A stretch of 39,633 nt of DNA from Candidatus Poseidoniaceae archaeon (GTDB taxonomy: Archaea; Thermoplasmatota; Poseidoniia; Poseidoniales; Poseidoniaceae): NCBI GenBank assembly GCA_030741225.1, contig JASLVU010000001.1:1-39633 (forward strand). The letters run 5' to 3'. How positions within the stretch are numbered: the first letter of the stretch is position 1; the number at the start of each line of letters is the position of its first letter. Position numbers and translations under genes: made by a program. Shown one piece after another: positions 1 to 8,870 of this stretch. Under the pieces are notes generated by a model. The model was not told the DNA's origin, did no database searches, and saw nothing but the letters and a program-made list of their open reading frames with translations.

Positions 1-2335
1 TGAGACCCACTGCTGCAACAGCAGGAGGGAGAAGTTTCTCCAAAGTTGCTGCTCGTGCCAAATACAAAACCAGTGAGACAAGGCCAACGAACATCAAAAG
101 GATGAGGTTCATGGTTTTATCAGGCATGTATTCTGAGCCGGTAAGGGGTGTAGTGGTTAACGGATCCAAGGCAATCATTACGAAGAAGGCCGTCAAGAAT
201 CCCATCATCATGGTGAGAAGTTTTCCCGGCAATTGTTCTAATTGCTCCAATTGGCTTTCGGAAGCACCTTGTTGACGCTTCTTTTCCGATGATTTTAGCA
301 AAATCGCAGAAGATACAACTATGAAAAACGCCCATGAAGATGAGTGGCCATATGTCCAAGAAAAGAGGAGTGCAAACACGCCCCAAACTCCCATAAGCGT
401 CTGTGGTTTTCCTAGATGTCGTTCAAAGTATACCATCAACGAATGACCAATCAGTAAACCGCCGAGAACAAGAAGTAAGCCGTACACTGGCAAGGCACCG
501 GGGCGAACGACGGCCCAAGTAGCAATCAACGAAAGAAGAAAACTCAAGTTCCAAAGTTTAGCAAAACCTGAATCACGAAGTCGAGCGCCTATTTCTGAAA
601 ATCCAACGAGCCTTGCTGCTAGATTAAGCCCAACATGTCCGTGACGGAGATTGACCCAAATTTGTTGGACAACAAGGAGTCCCATCCAAATAGATAAATC
701 GATTTCATCGAGAGAAATAGGGAGCAAATCAATTGAAATTATCCGTGAGTCTGCGTCCGTTGCAAACATAAGAAGCCAAAGCCATGGTCCGAGAACGGCT
801 GTACCTGCAATCGAAGGTGAAGAGCGCAAGATGGCCAATCCGGAAAGGCCGAGCCACACGATTGCTTGTGTTGCCAGCAACAAACGACCGCCACTCAAAC
901 CCTCTCCAGCGGGAATAAGTAACGTCAGTAATCCGACAAGAACAAGACCGCCAAGCCAAATGACATGGTCGGATACTGATGTTTGGTTTCTCAGAAGTGC
1001 AATAGCTGTAAACAGTGATGTGAAGGCGGCATAAACGCTGTAGCCATCCAAATCGAAAGGCAAGGCTGTGTCCAATACGCCCGAACTATAAATCGACAAT
1101 CCAATCAAAAGAAAAGGCGCAGGGAGAATGAGATAAGGTGCAATGTCTTTGAGATGAACACCACGGACAACAAGATATGAGCCAGAGAATGCGGAAATGA
1201 GGAGAATAAGTTGCGCTAATGCATAGCCTGTTTCTAACCGGTGTGCGGCAATAGCCAACAATGCCCCAATCATGCCCAAACCGACCGATACCGCCCAAAG
1301 CGACGGTTTGCCGAGGCCAATGCCTTCAAACGCTTTTGAAAACCAATTCTCTTCAGAAACAAAACGAGCAGCAATCGTGGCATTGGTAGCGGTCACAAAC
1401 GTCATCAACAAGAAAAGAAGTAAATCGTCTTCAAAAGAAATTAACTCCAATCCTACGAGCTCCCAATTGTTCGATAATGCGTGGACACCAACCCAAAGAT
1501 AGGATGAAGCAATACCGAGACTGGCAAGATTTCCAGAACCGCGATAAATGGCTAAACCGTGCATCAGTATCGTGCCAAACGCAATCATTGAAGCGACGCC
1601 AAGTTCGCCGTACAGCGCCCCCGCAGCACTTCCAACAATCAGAAGGATGAGAGTCGCCTGAGCAGCAATAGCATCCTCGTCATGGCGTTGGGCAATAGCC
1701 ACATTCATTGAAACAATGGACATCAAAACGATTCCTAAGGTTTCGTTACCTCCAAATGGAGATTGGTCAAACCAACCCCAATGCCATGCATCGAGCGCTA
1801 AGCCGTAGAAAAGTTTCATCGAAATGATAACCCAGGTTACACCCAAAAGGCGCATATTTGGGTTTGGAATCCATCGTTCTCCAAGGTAAAGGCCGAAAAC
1901 GCCCATTGCAAGAAGGCCTACTCCGCTTGGAATCTCTGGAAGAACAGTTCCGACTATTGCCCCAATTGCAGACCAAGTAAGAACCATGGCGACCAAAAGG
2001 CCGAAACCTAACCTCTTCTCTCCTTCAACAGCCAAATCCGTTACACTATCGTTTTCAGGAGGTTTTGTCACGGTTCCGTCGGACTGTACTGCGCCTGCAA
2101 GATTGGATTCTTCATCGCCCGATGAAAAAAGAGACGCGACCTGTCCAACAGCAATGTCCTCGACCTCTTCAACAAGAGGGACGCGCTTTTCATCACCATC
2201 ATCTTCAGTATTCACCATGAACGAAGTAATGTCGACGCCCTGGGCTCGCTGAAAATCACGTTTACGGACAATCTCATCCATGGAGTTTGAGGGTTTTGGG
2301 ATGGAGTCGGCACCACCCTCCAACTCCTCAGTCAT
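1..2335 (-). CDS. Large polytopic integral membrane protein of unknown function; C-terminus cut by the window edge (at least 778 aa)
   Basis: Absent from the ORF track because it has no stop inside the window. Hand translation of the reverse frame from the ATG at 2335..2333 stays open to base 2. The N-terminus is soluble and acidic (MTEELEGGADSIPKPSNSMDEIVRKRDF...EDDGDEKRVPLVEEVED). Many hydrophobic segments follow, e.g. LGFGLLVAMVLTWSAIGAIVGTVL, LILLIVGSAAGALYGELGVASMIAFGTILM, IWLGGLVLVGLLTLLIPAG, LLLVLGGLLIGHSLMVYF. All short listed ORFs between 120 and 2252 lie in other frames. Confidence 0.6.
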   Translation of the reverse strand, partial: MTEELEGGADSIPKPSNSMDEIVRKRDFQRAQGVDITSFMVNTEDDGDEKRVPLVEEVEDIAVGQVASLFSSGDEESNLAGAVQSDGTVTKPPENDSVTDLAVEGEKRLGFGLLVAMVLTWSAIGAIVGTVLPEIPSGVGLLAMGVFGLYLGERWIPNPNMRLLGVTWVIISMKLFYGLALDAWHWGWFDQSPFGGNETLGIVLMSIVSMNVAIAQRHDEDAIAAQATLILLIVGSAAGALYGELGVASMIAFGTILMHGLAIYRGSGNLASLGIASSYLWVGVHALSNNWELVGLELISFEDDLLLFLLMTFVTATNATIAARFVSEENWFSKAFEGIGLGKPSLWAVSVGLGMIGALLAIAAHRLETGYALAQLILLISAFSGSYLVVRGVHLKDIAPYLILPAPFLLIGLSIYSSGVLDTALPFDLDGYSVYAAFTSLFTAIALLRNQTSVSDHVIWLGGLVLVGLLTLLIPAGEGLSGGRLLLATQAIVWLGLSGLAILRSSPSIAGTAVLGPWLWLLMFATDADSRIISIDLLPISLDEIDLSIWMGLLVVQQIWVNLRHGHVGLNLAARLVGFSEIGARLRDSGFAKLWNLSFLLSLIATWAVVRPGALPVYGLLLVLGGLLIGHSLMVYFERHLGKPQTLMGVWGVFALLFSWTYGHSSSWAFFIVVSSAILLKSSEKKRQQGASESQLEQLEQLPGKLLTMMMGFLTAFFVMIALDPLTTTPLTGSEYMPDKTMNLILLMFVGLVSLVLYLARAATLEKLLPPAVAAVGL

Positions 2336-2529
2336 GGTTGACAACCGCCCCCGTTCGTCTTCAATGCTTTCGATAATTGGGCTTGTTAGAGTAGATTTGG
2401 CAAACACAATGGTTTTTTCAAGAGTTTCAAGTTGTATTGCCGCTGTACGCCGTTTTCAGCCTGCAGAAATCAAATATTCGGAAAGTGAGGAGCCAAAAGG
2501 GACAAAGAGGGTCCGCGAAAGGACCCTCC

Positions 2530-4131
2530 ATGGCGGCAACCTACGGGACTCCGACTGGAGACCTGAAATCGCATGGAATTACTCCATCTGGAGACGTTTA
2601 TTGGAACCAAGAGGCTACGAAACTAATCGAGCTTGCTGTCGCCCGTGGAGAAGGAGAATTCAGCGCCCATCGCGCACTGGTTACAGAAACCGGAGAACGA
2701 ACTGGCCGTTCACCAAACGACAAGTTCATTGTCAAGGAAGATACCACTGTTGATGACATCAATTGGGGAGATGTAAATGTATCAACCGACCTCGATACTT
2801 TTACTCGAATGCGGGCAAAAGTGGTCGAATATCTGTCTCAACAAGATACACTGTTTGTTCAAGATTTGTACTGCGGTGCTGACTTTAGCGAAGCCTTGCC
2901 GATTCGCGTCATCAATCAAAATGCTTGGCACAACGCCTTTGCACGCAACATGTTTATTCGCCCAGATGCTGAAAGATTGGCGGTACACTCTCCTGAATTC
3001 ACTGTTATGCACGCCCCCCATCTTGAAGCCGACGCTGAAAAAGATGGATTGAATTCACATTGCTTCGTCATTGTGAACTATCAAGCAAAAGAAGTCATCA
3101 TCGGCGGTACTCGCTATGCTGGGGAAATCAAGAAATCGATTTTTTCTGTAATGAATCTCATCTTACCAAAGAAAGGTATCCTCCCCATGCACTGTTCAGC
3201 CAATACTACGGGAGAAAACACGGCCATCTTTTTCGGACTTTCAGGAACTGGAAAAACCACTTTGTCTGCTGACCCCAATCGTGCACTCATTGGAGACGAT
3301 GAACATGGATGGGGCTCAAACGGCGTCTTCAACTTTGAAGGCGGGTGCTATGCGAAATTAATTGACCTCTCAGAAGAAGACGAGCCCGAAATTTTCGGTA
3401 CCACAAGAAAATTCGGCACTGTCTTAGAAAACATCGTCATGGATTCAGATGGAGTGCCCGACTTTACTGATGTCAGTAAAACGCAAAATACTCGCGGTTC
3501 CTACCCGATTGAATTTATTGAAAACAGAACTTTGGATTCAAAAGGTGGACACCCGCAAAACGTGATTTTCTTGACCTGTGACGCATTTGGTGTACTCCCA
3601 CCAATATCCAAACTAAATGCTTCACAAGCAGCATACCATTTTATTTCCGGATATACGGCGAAAGTTGCAGGAACTGAAATCGGAGTTAAAGAACCACAAG
3701 CCACGTTTTCGGCCTGTTTTGGTGAACCATTCATGCCAATGCACCCTGGCGTTTATGCTGACCTGCTGTCGAAGAAAATGGATGAGCATAACGCTACTGC
3801 TTGGCTCATCAACACTGGATGGTCTGGCGGCGCGTATGGAGTCGGCAATCGTATGAAAATCCGATATACGCGAGCGATGTTAAACGCTGCTATGGATGGA
3901 CAATTGGATGATGTTGAATTTGTTGTTGATCCGCGGTTCGGATTTGAAGTGCCGGTTGAGTGCCCGAATGTTCCAAGCGAAGTGCTGCAACCGAGAAACA
4001 CATGGTCGGATTCTTCCGAGTACGATTCTACAGCTGACAAACTCGCTACCATGTTCAACGAAAACTTTGCTCGATATGAGGCGGGTGTTTCCGCCGAAGT
4101 CAATGCTGCAGCGCCAAAACCAATGGCCTAG
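2530..4131 (+). CDS. pckA: Phosphoenolpyruvate carboxykinase (ATP-dependent)
   Basis: Lies in ORF 2437..4131. The first ATG at 2530 gives MAATYGTPTGDLKSHGI. ATP-PEPCK hallmarks are present: RSPNDKFIV, the kinase-1a loop FFGLSGTGKTTLS, IGDDEHGW and NTGWSGG. The TTG at 2437 only adds 31 poorly composed residues. Confidence 0.9.
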   Translation: MAATYGTPTGDLKSHGITPSGDVYWNQEATKLIELAVARGEGEFSAHRALVTETGERTGRSPNDKFIVKEDTTVDDINWGDVNVSTDLDTFTRMRAKVVEYLSQQDTLFVQDLYCGADFSEALPIRVINQNAWHNAFARNMFIRPDAERLAVHSPEFTVMHAPHLEADAEKDGLNSHCFVIVNYQAKEVIIGGTRYAGEIKKSIFSVMNLILPKKGILPMHCSANTTGENTAIFFGLSGTGKTTLSADPNRALIGDDEHGWGSNGVFNFEGGCYAKLIDLSEEDEPEIFGTTRKFGTVLENIVMDSDGVPDFTDVSKTQNTRGSYPIEFIENRTLDSKGGHPQNVIFLTCDAFGVLPPISKLNASQAAYHFISGYTAKVAGTEIGVKEPQATFSACFGEPFMPMHPGVYADLLSKKMDEHNATAWLINTGWSGGAYGVGNRMKIRYTRAMLNAAMDGQLDDVEFVVDPRFGFEVPVECPNVPSEVLQPRNTWSDSSEYDSTADKLATMFNENFARYEAGVSAEVNAAAPKPMA

Positions 4132-4161
4132 AACGCACCTTGGTCGCAAACAGATGCTGTT

Positions 4162-5070
4162 TTACTCTTGCTCTAGATGTGTCTTTTCGGCGACTATGAA
4201 ATCTCTAGGTTTTGAAGGGAAAAAGAACCACAAAAGTGGAATCAAAAACATTGAAGGAAGATTTTTTCCGTACTTAAGGTCAAGATTCGATTCAAATTTG
4301 ACAAACGATTGTGAATCGGTGTCGTTAGCATCTGGAATTTCACTGCGAACCGATGAATAATTTTCAGGCTCAACCAATCCTAAATCATAACCACTAAACA
4401 TCATCTCGAAACGAACACCAGTCCACAACAAAGACGGTTTAACGCTGGTTTTTTCGTGAGCCATGGAACCTTGTTCGGTCTGAGCCACGAACGTCTCGTC
4501 AGCAAGAGTATCCTCGCCTTCGTCATCGTCTTCTTCATCACCTCCATCACCTCCTGATAAATCAAGAACATATGTCGTGGGCATCACAACCAAGAAACAC
4601 GCTACTACGCCAGCAAAAAAAACTGCTCGAAGCGTTGCCTTGAATGGGATCCCCGCAAATACCAAGCATTCACTCAAACAAAGCAGAACAAGAGATACAA
4701 GCGTTGCCTTCCGGCCATTTTTGAGCCAATCAATATCGTCATCGCCCGACTCAGTGCTCGCAGGAACATCGTCCGAAGATTCAGAAGACGAGGGTTCGGG
4801 CTGCGTTGAATTGATCGGTTCGTCGTAATCGCGAACCAGCATGTAAACAAAAAAGCGTGTTGAATTTTCCATTTTTACATCGATGAGCGTCTGTTCATTA
4901 TCGATGGCAACAAGTGCTTTGACTTTCGTCGGCGAAGGTCTCCCTTCGGTGTATTGACCTTCGAATTGTACAACCAACCAAGCCGACATAAACAAATGTA
5001 AGGCGATGAGAATGGTCCCTACAATCCTCACTCCGTCGCCGATACGCGATGGCGGCGAGCGTAGAGACAT
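4162..5070 (-). CDS. Hypothetical membrane protein (302 aa) with poly-acidic loops
   Basis: The ATG at 5070 lies 37 nt downstream of the stop of the 1000-aa surface protein gene on the same strand. About four hydrophobic helices are visible (IVGTILIALHLFMSAWLVV, ATLVSLVLLCLSECLVFAGI, AVFFAGVVACFLVVMPTTYV, LPSMFLIPLLWFFF). Acidic tracts include SSSESSDDVPASTESGDDD and GGDGGDEEDDDEGED. No catalytic motif recognised. Confidence 0.5.
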   Translation of the reverse strand: MSLRSPPSRIGDGVRIVGTILIALHLFMSAWLVVQFEGQYTEGRPSPTKVKALVAIDNEQTLIDVKMENSTRFFVYMLVRDYDEPINSTQPEPSSSESSDDVPASTESGDDDIDWLKNGRKATLVSLVLLCLSECLVFAGIPFKATLRAVFFAGVVACFLVVMPTTYVLDLSGGDGGDEEDDDEGEDTLADETFVAQTEQGSMAHEKTSVKPSLLWTGVRFEMMFSGYDLGLVEPENYSSVRSEIPDANDTDSQSFVKFESNLDLKYGKNLPSMFLIPLLWFFFPSKPRDFIVAEKTHLEQE

Positions 5071-5107
5071 AGAATCCCCCTCACGTCACTTGTACTTGAG
5101 GGTTCGA

Positions 5108-8100
5108 TTACTCTTCGTCCTTATCGGTTCTGTCTTTTCGGCTACCAGCAACTACACCAGCAAGTGCAATTACTGCGGCCATGGAAACAGGTGAAAGGAA
5201 CGGAAGCAAACCGGCATCCTCAGCCAAGTCTTCAGCAGTTGGAGGAGTTGGGTTGTCATCACCTGAGGTCTGGTTGTTGGTAGGTGTTGTTTGTGGTAGT
5301 GTGAGATTCGAGACATCAATGCCAGCTTCTTCCAAATCGGCGGTGATGTCTGCGAGGTTGTGGTTTTCAACTTCTACAATGTCATCGATGGTTGTTGCAT
5401 CAGCCATTCCGTTGGTTTGTGCATTTGCTGCAACGCCAGTCAGATAGCGAATGCTCAATTTCGCAGGTGCTTCATTGGCGTAACCTTGGGTTTGTGGACC
5501 GGTTAAGGTGTAGGCTCCATTGTCATCCATGACGTAAACTCCTACACCAACCATTGCTGCGTGTTCATTGCTCCACAGGGGCGCCCACATACCGTCGTTG
5601 TACGGGAATTCTTCGAATGGCTCAATGGTCTGCATACGATCTTCAAGATTTTCACCAAATGCTTCCAATACGGACTCTAATCCTGAATCGGCCAGAGCAC
5701 CAAACACCGCTTCGACACGGTCGCTAGGGCCCTCAGTTGACTGAACAATTGATGTGCAGTCAACCTCCGAAGCAAATGGTGTTGAAGCACCGTCACCAGT
5801 CATTGAAACTGTAAGACAATAGTCGCCTTCTTCAAGCACTGAAACTGTACCGCTATCGCTGTTATAGCCCGATTCGAGTTCAGAAATTGACTGGGTGAAG
5901 ACAACATTGTTGTTTGCATCGTGAATCGTCACGGTTGTAGTAATATCAGTGTATGCTTCATTGCCATAGATTTGATAATCCCAACCAACCATCATGTCAC
6001 TATCTGGTGCACTGTATGCGTCAGAATAGCTTAGTCTTGGACCAACCCAATTGTCTTCACAAAAACTTGAACGTTCAATTATTGGCGATGAGGCACCTGT
6101 CTCCCAAATCGACGATTCGATACACATGGTGTAAGAACCATAGGTTGATGGGACTGGAATTCCAGAGTCTGCACTCAAATATGTTGTGTCTGTGTCATGG
6201 TCGCATCCATATTCACATGCCGTCAATTCGACTGAGGAAAGAGGAGTATTGTCGGAATCCAACAGATTCATCTGGAAAGTGTAATGGTTAGCAACCCCTT
6301 CATCCTCACTTTGCGAGCAATCGACTTGGTAATTGTTGAGGAGGTCCCAGTCAATAGTTGTACCATCTTCACAAGTAAACATCTTGCTTGAGCCGTCCGC
6401 TGGTGCTTCATCGGAACCATCGGCGCAATCGTTCACACCGTTGTTAACGGCATTCCAATCAATTTGACCTGCATCATCACAAGTGAAATACACATCACCA
6501 TCGTCTACGAATGGAGTTCCTGGACCGTGGAGTTGAGACCACAGAGTGATGTTCTCGCTGTAATCAGTAAAGCCGGAGATAAGAGTTCCATTCGAATTTG
6601 GAGGAGTGCCTCCCGTGACATAAAGGTTAGAATAATCCAAGACTCTGTAGTTCTCCACATCACTTATCGATATTGCGACGTCACAACTTTGGTTCTCTGG
6701 ACAGAGGTCAAAGTTGTCAACGATATGGAATCCAGAACCAACCATTAGAGAAGATTCACCCCCCCATGAATCGATGCTGCATCGGTCTCCTGGGTCGTAT
6801 GTTCCAGGATTACTGCATGTTGCAGTATAACCTCCATCAACCGTAACTTGAACTTGGATGTTGTCCCAGTTCAAATCTTGACCTTGCATGAAACTCACAG
6901 TTGCAAGATGATTTTCTGTATCTGTTGGCGAATCTGCACTGAAATAATATATTTCGAGTGGTTCAGCATTATCTCCTGAAAGTCCAAAAAAGTCCTCGAA
7001 GGCTTCGGTGATACCATCGCCAAGGTCTTCACCGATTTGTTCGGCAAAGGCTTCTCCAGAGCCGACCAACACATGACCCATCATGAGGAACATGAGGGGG
7101 TTTCCAGGAGGGCATGTTTCGCAGGATTGGACTTGGGTCGCAAGGCCGTCTCCATCGCCAAGGTCAACGGTCATGGAATCGCCTTTATCAAAGCTAAATT
7201 CGCCTTCTGCATCCATGTCAAAGGTTCCGGAATCAGTTAGAGTGTCGGTGACTTCAAAATCAAATTCACCTGCGTCAAGCCCGAAATCTTCGGTTGGAAT
7301 ACCAGAGACTGAGAAACTGTAGTCTACGGCACCGGTATAGTCGCCATCGATAGAACCGCAGTCTTCACATTCCCAATGGAAATACTCGTTGGATGAAACA
7401 TCAGCATATACGGAGTCTGGGGAGCCCAAACGCCATTCGGAAGACGAGTCGGTAATGGAGTAGCCCAAGGTCAGTTCAGAATCAAAATCAATTGGGAATT
7501 CTTCATTGTCACCCTCAAACAGAGCATCGATATTCAATCCAATTGCTGCAGACATATCCATACTGAACTCCATATCTGCACCAACGAGATTGGAATTGTC
7601 ATCAAGATATTCTGTGTATGAGATATCGACGGTGAGAACTTGCTCAAGACTTTGAACGATGTCAACATCAAAACCGGTGGTTGGAGAGCCAAATACGGTC
7701 TCTGACCAATCGGTTTGCAAAATGGAGTCTGCTAAAATTCCATGCCTCAAAGTAACATCATCTGTTCGGCTCCAAACAGCAACGGGGTTGTCTGAAGCGT
7801 CCATGATTGTCTGAGTGGAAATATCTTCTGTATGATGCACATATACATTCGATGAACCAGTTTGAAGTTGTCCTATAATGAGATTGAAGCCGGCATCGTC
7901 CGCTGCTCCCATAACTTCACTAAGAATTTCAGGAACATCGAGGCCAGTGAAGTTTTCAAGGTCAGTATCGACGCTGCTCCAGTCGTATTCAACTCCATAG
8001 TAGAATTCAGAAGCTTCTGCAGGGGCTGCAGAAACGCTACTAAGTGGCATTAGAGCGGCAAGAAGAAGGGTGGTCATCAAAAGGCTAGGCAAAGAACTTC

Positions 8101-8110
8101 GGGTGTTCAT
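5108..8110 (-). CDS. Secreted, highly acidic cell-surface protein (1000 aa) with signal peptide, two LDL-receptor-A-like modules and a C-terminal membrane anchor
   Basis: ATG at 8110. The N-terminus is signal-peptide-like (MNTRSSLPSLLMTTLLLAALMPLSSVSAAPAEA). Composition is strongly D/E/T/S-rich with many N-x-S/T sequons. Tandem modules contain DCADGSDE and DCSQSEDE. A Thr/Pro linker (TLPQTTPTNNQTSGDDNPTPPTAE) precedes LLPFLSPVSMAAVIALAGVVAGSRKDRTDKDEE at the extreme C-terminus. Confidence 0.75.
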   Translation of the reverse strand: MNTRSSLPSLLMTTLLLAALMPLSSVSAAPAEASEFYYGVEYDWSSVDTDLENFTGLDVPEILSEVMGAADDAGFNLIIGQLQTGSSNVYVHHTEDISTQTIMDASDNPVAVWSRTDDVTLRHGILADSILQTDWSETVFGSPTTGFDVDIVQSLEQVLTVDISYTEYLDDNSNLVGADMEFSMDMSAAIGLNIDALFEGDNEEFPIDFDSELTLGYSITDSSSEWRLGSPDSVYADVSSNEYFHWECEDCGSIDGDYTGAVDYSFSVSGIPTEDFGLDAGEFDFEVTDTLTDSGTFDMDAEGEFSFDKGDSMTVDLGDGDGLATQVQSCETCPPGNPLMFLMMGHVLVGSGEAFAEQIGEDLGDGITEAFEDFFGLSGDNAEPLEIYYFSADSPTDTENHLATVSFMQGQDLNWDNIQVQVTVDGGYTATCSNPGTYDPGDRCSIDSWGGESSLMVGSGFHIVDNFDLCPENQSCDVAISISDVENYRVLDYSNLYVTGGTPPNSNGTLISGFTDYSENITLWSQLHGPGTPFVDDGDVYFTCDDAGQIDWNAVNNGVNDCADGSDEAPADGSSKMFTCEDGTTIDWDLLNNYQVDCSQSEDEGVANHYTFQMNLLDSDNTPLSSVELTACEYGCDHDTDTTYLSADSGIPVPSTYGSYTMCIESSIWETGASSPIIERSSFCEDNWVGPRLSYSDAYSAPDSDMMVGWDYQIYGNEAYTDITTTVTIHDANNNVVFTQSISELESGYNSDSGTVSVLEEGDYCLTVSMTGDGASTPFASEVDCTSIVQSTEGPSDRVEAVFGALADSGLESVLEAFGENLEDRMQTIEPFEEFPYNDGMWAPLWSNEHAAMVGVGVYVMDDNGAYTLTGPQTQGYANEAPAKLSIRYLTGVAANAQTNGMADATTIDDIVEVENHNLADITADLEEAGIDVSNLTLPQTTPTNNQTSGDDNPTPPTAEDLAEDAGLLPFLSPVSMAAVIALAGVVAGSRKDRTDKDEE
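6299..6493 (-). repeat. Two tandem degenerate LDL-receptor class A-like (calcium-binding) modules inside the 1000-aa protein
   Basis: Residues 540-568 read VYFTCDDAGQIDWNAVNNGVNDCADGSDE and residues 577-604 read MFTCEDGTTIDWDLLNNYQVDCSQSEDE. Both follow the pattern F-x-C-x-D-G-x-x-I-D-W-x5-N-x3-DC-x-x-(G)S-(D)E. The first ends in the canonical DCxDGSDE signature, encoded at 6407-6430. Confidence 0.5.
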
Positions 8111-8178
8111 AGCCGTGCCTCACTCCACGAAGAATATCAAGGTATTCCCTACAAAAAATCAGTGAATTGGCGTAAAAA

Positions 8179-8769
8179 TCACATTTTTCTACTCTTTCGG
8201 CAGATTTCAACGAAGTTTTCAAACATTTCTTTACCAAATTCCGAGTCGTTGACCTCGGGGTGGAATTGAAGTCCAAATCGATCTCCTTTTTCGTTCTCCA
8301 TACCTTGAACTCGACAAGAAGGACTGCTTGCAGTGACAAAAAAACCATCTGGGACAACGTGAACTTCATCGTTGTGAGATTCCCAGACTGTTTGTGAAGG
8401 TGCGGTATTCTCAAAAATTTGGCCCCCTCCATTTTGCAGTTCAATCTCCATAGCACCAAATTCGGGTTCTGGAGATTCTCGAGCATCTCCACCATAAAAG
8501 CGAGCCATGAACTGGTGCCCAGCGCAGATGCCCAGTATCGGAATATCGAGTTCAAGATAAGCTCCACAGTTTCCTAACTCGCCGGTTAAGCCCACCCGAG
8601 CGGCCCCCCCAGACAGAATAATTCCATCGACTTCTCGCAAATCCTCTATGGGGGTTGTATTGGCAATAATCTGTGTATCGACTTTCAAGTATCGCAGCAT
8701 TCGCCATTCGCGATGAGTCCATTGCCCGCCATTGTCGACGACATCGATAACGAGAGGTTTGTCGTTCAT
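8179..8769 (-). CDS. guaA: GMP synthase, glutamine amidotransferase subunit (class I GATase)
   Basis: Lies in ORF 8179..8829; the conserved protein begins at the ATG at 8769 (MNDKPLVIDVVDNGGQWTH). It carries the class I GATase nucleophile elbow PILGICAGHQF plus VWESHNDEV and FGLQFHPEV. The length of about 196 aa matches the archaeal split GuaA subunit A. Confidence 0.8.
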   Translation of the reverse strand: MNDKPLVIDVVDNGGQWTHREWRMLRYLKVDTQIIANTTPIEDLREVDGIILSGGAARVGLTGELGNCGAYLELDIPILGICAGHQFMARFYGGDARESPEPEFGAMEIELQNGGGQIFENTAPSQTVWESHNDEVHVVPDGFFVTASSPSCRVQGMENEKGDRFGLQFHPEVNDSEFGKEMFENFVEICRKSRKM

Positions 8770-8870
8770 GCTCACACCTGTAATTGGTGCTGTACAATCG
8801 AAGAAACTTGAACATGCCGGAGAAACCAAACGAAGAATGATTTGATGCAGCAGAACAACAACGGCGGTTC

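Noticed and set aside
651-2252. Plus-strand ORFs 651..1034, 1272..1502 and 1986..2252, plus minus-strand ORFs in another frame (729..959, 1086..1298, 1767..1976)
   Set aside because: All overlap the long open minus-strand frame that encodes a coherent polytopic membrane protein. Their translations are compositionally odd.
2437-2529. N-terminal extension of pckA from a TTG start (MPLYAVFSLQKSNIRKVRSQKGQRGSAKGPS)
   Set aside because: The composition is not protein-like and the conserved PEPCK sequence begins at the ATG at 2530. The extension would also nearly abut the divergent membrane-protein start at 2335, removing the promoter spacer.
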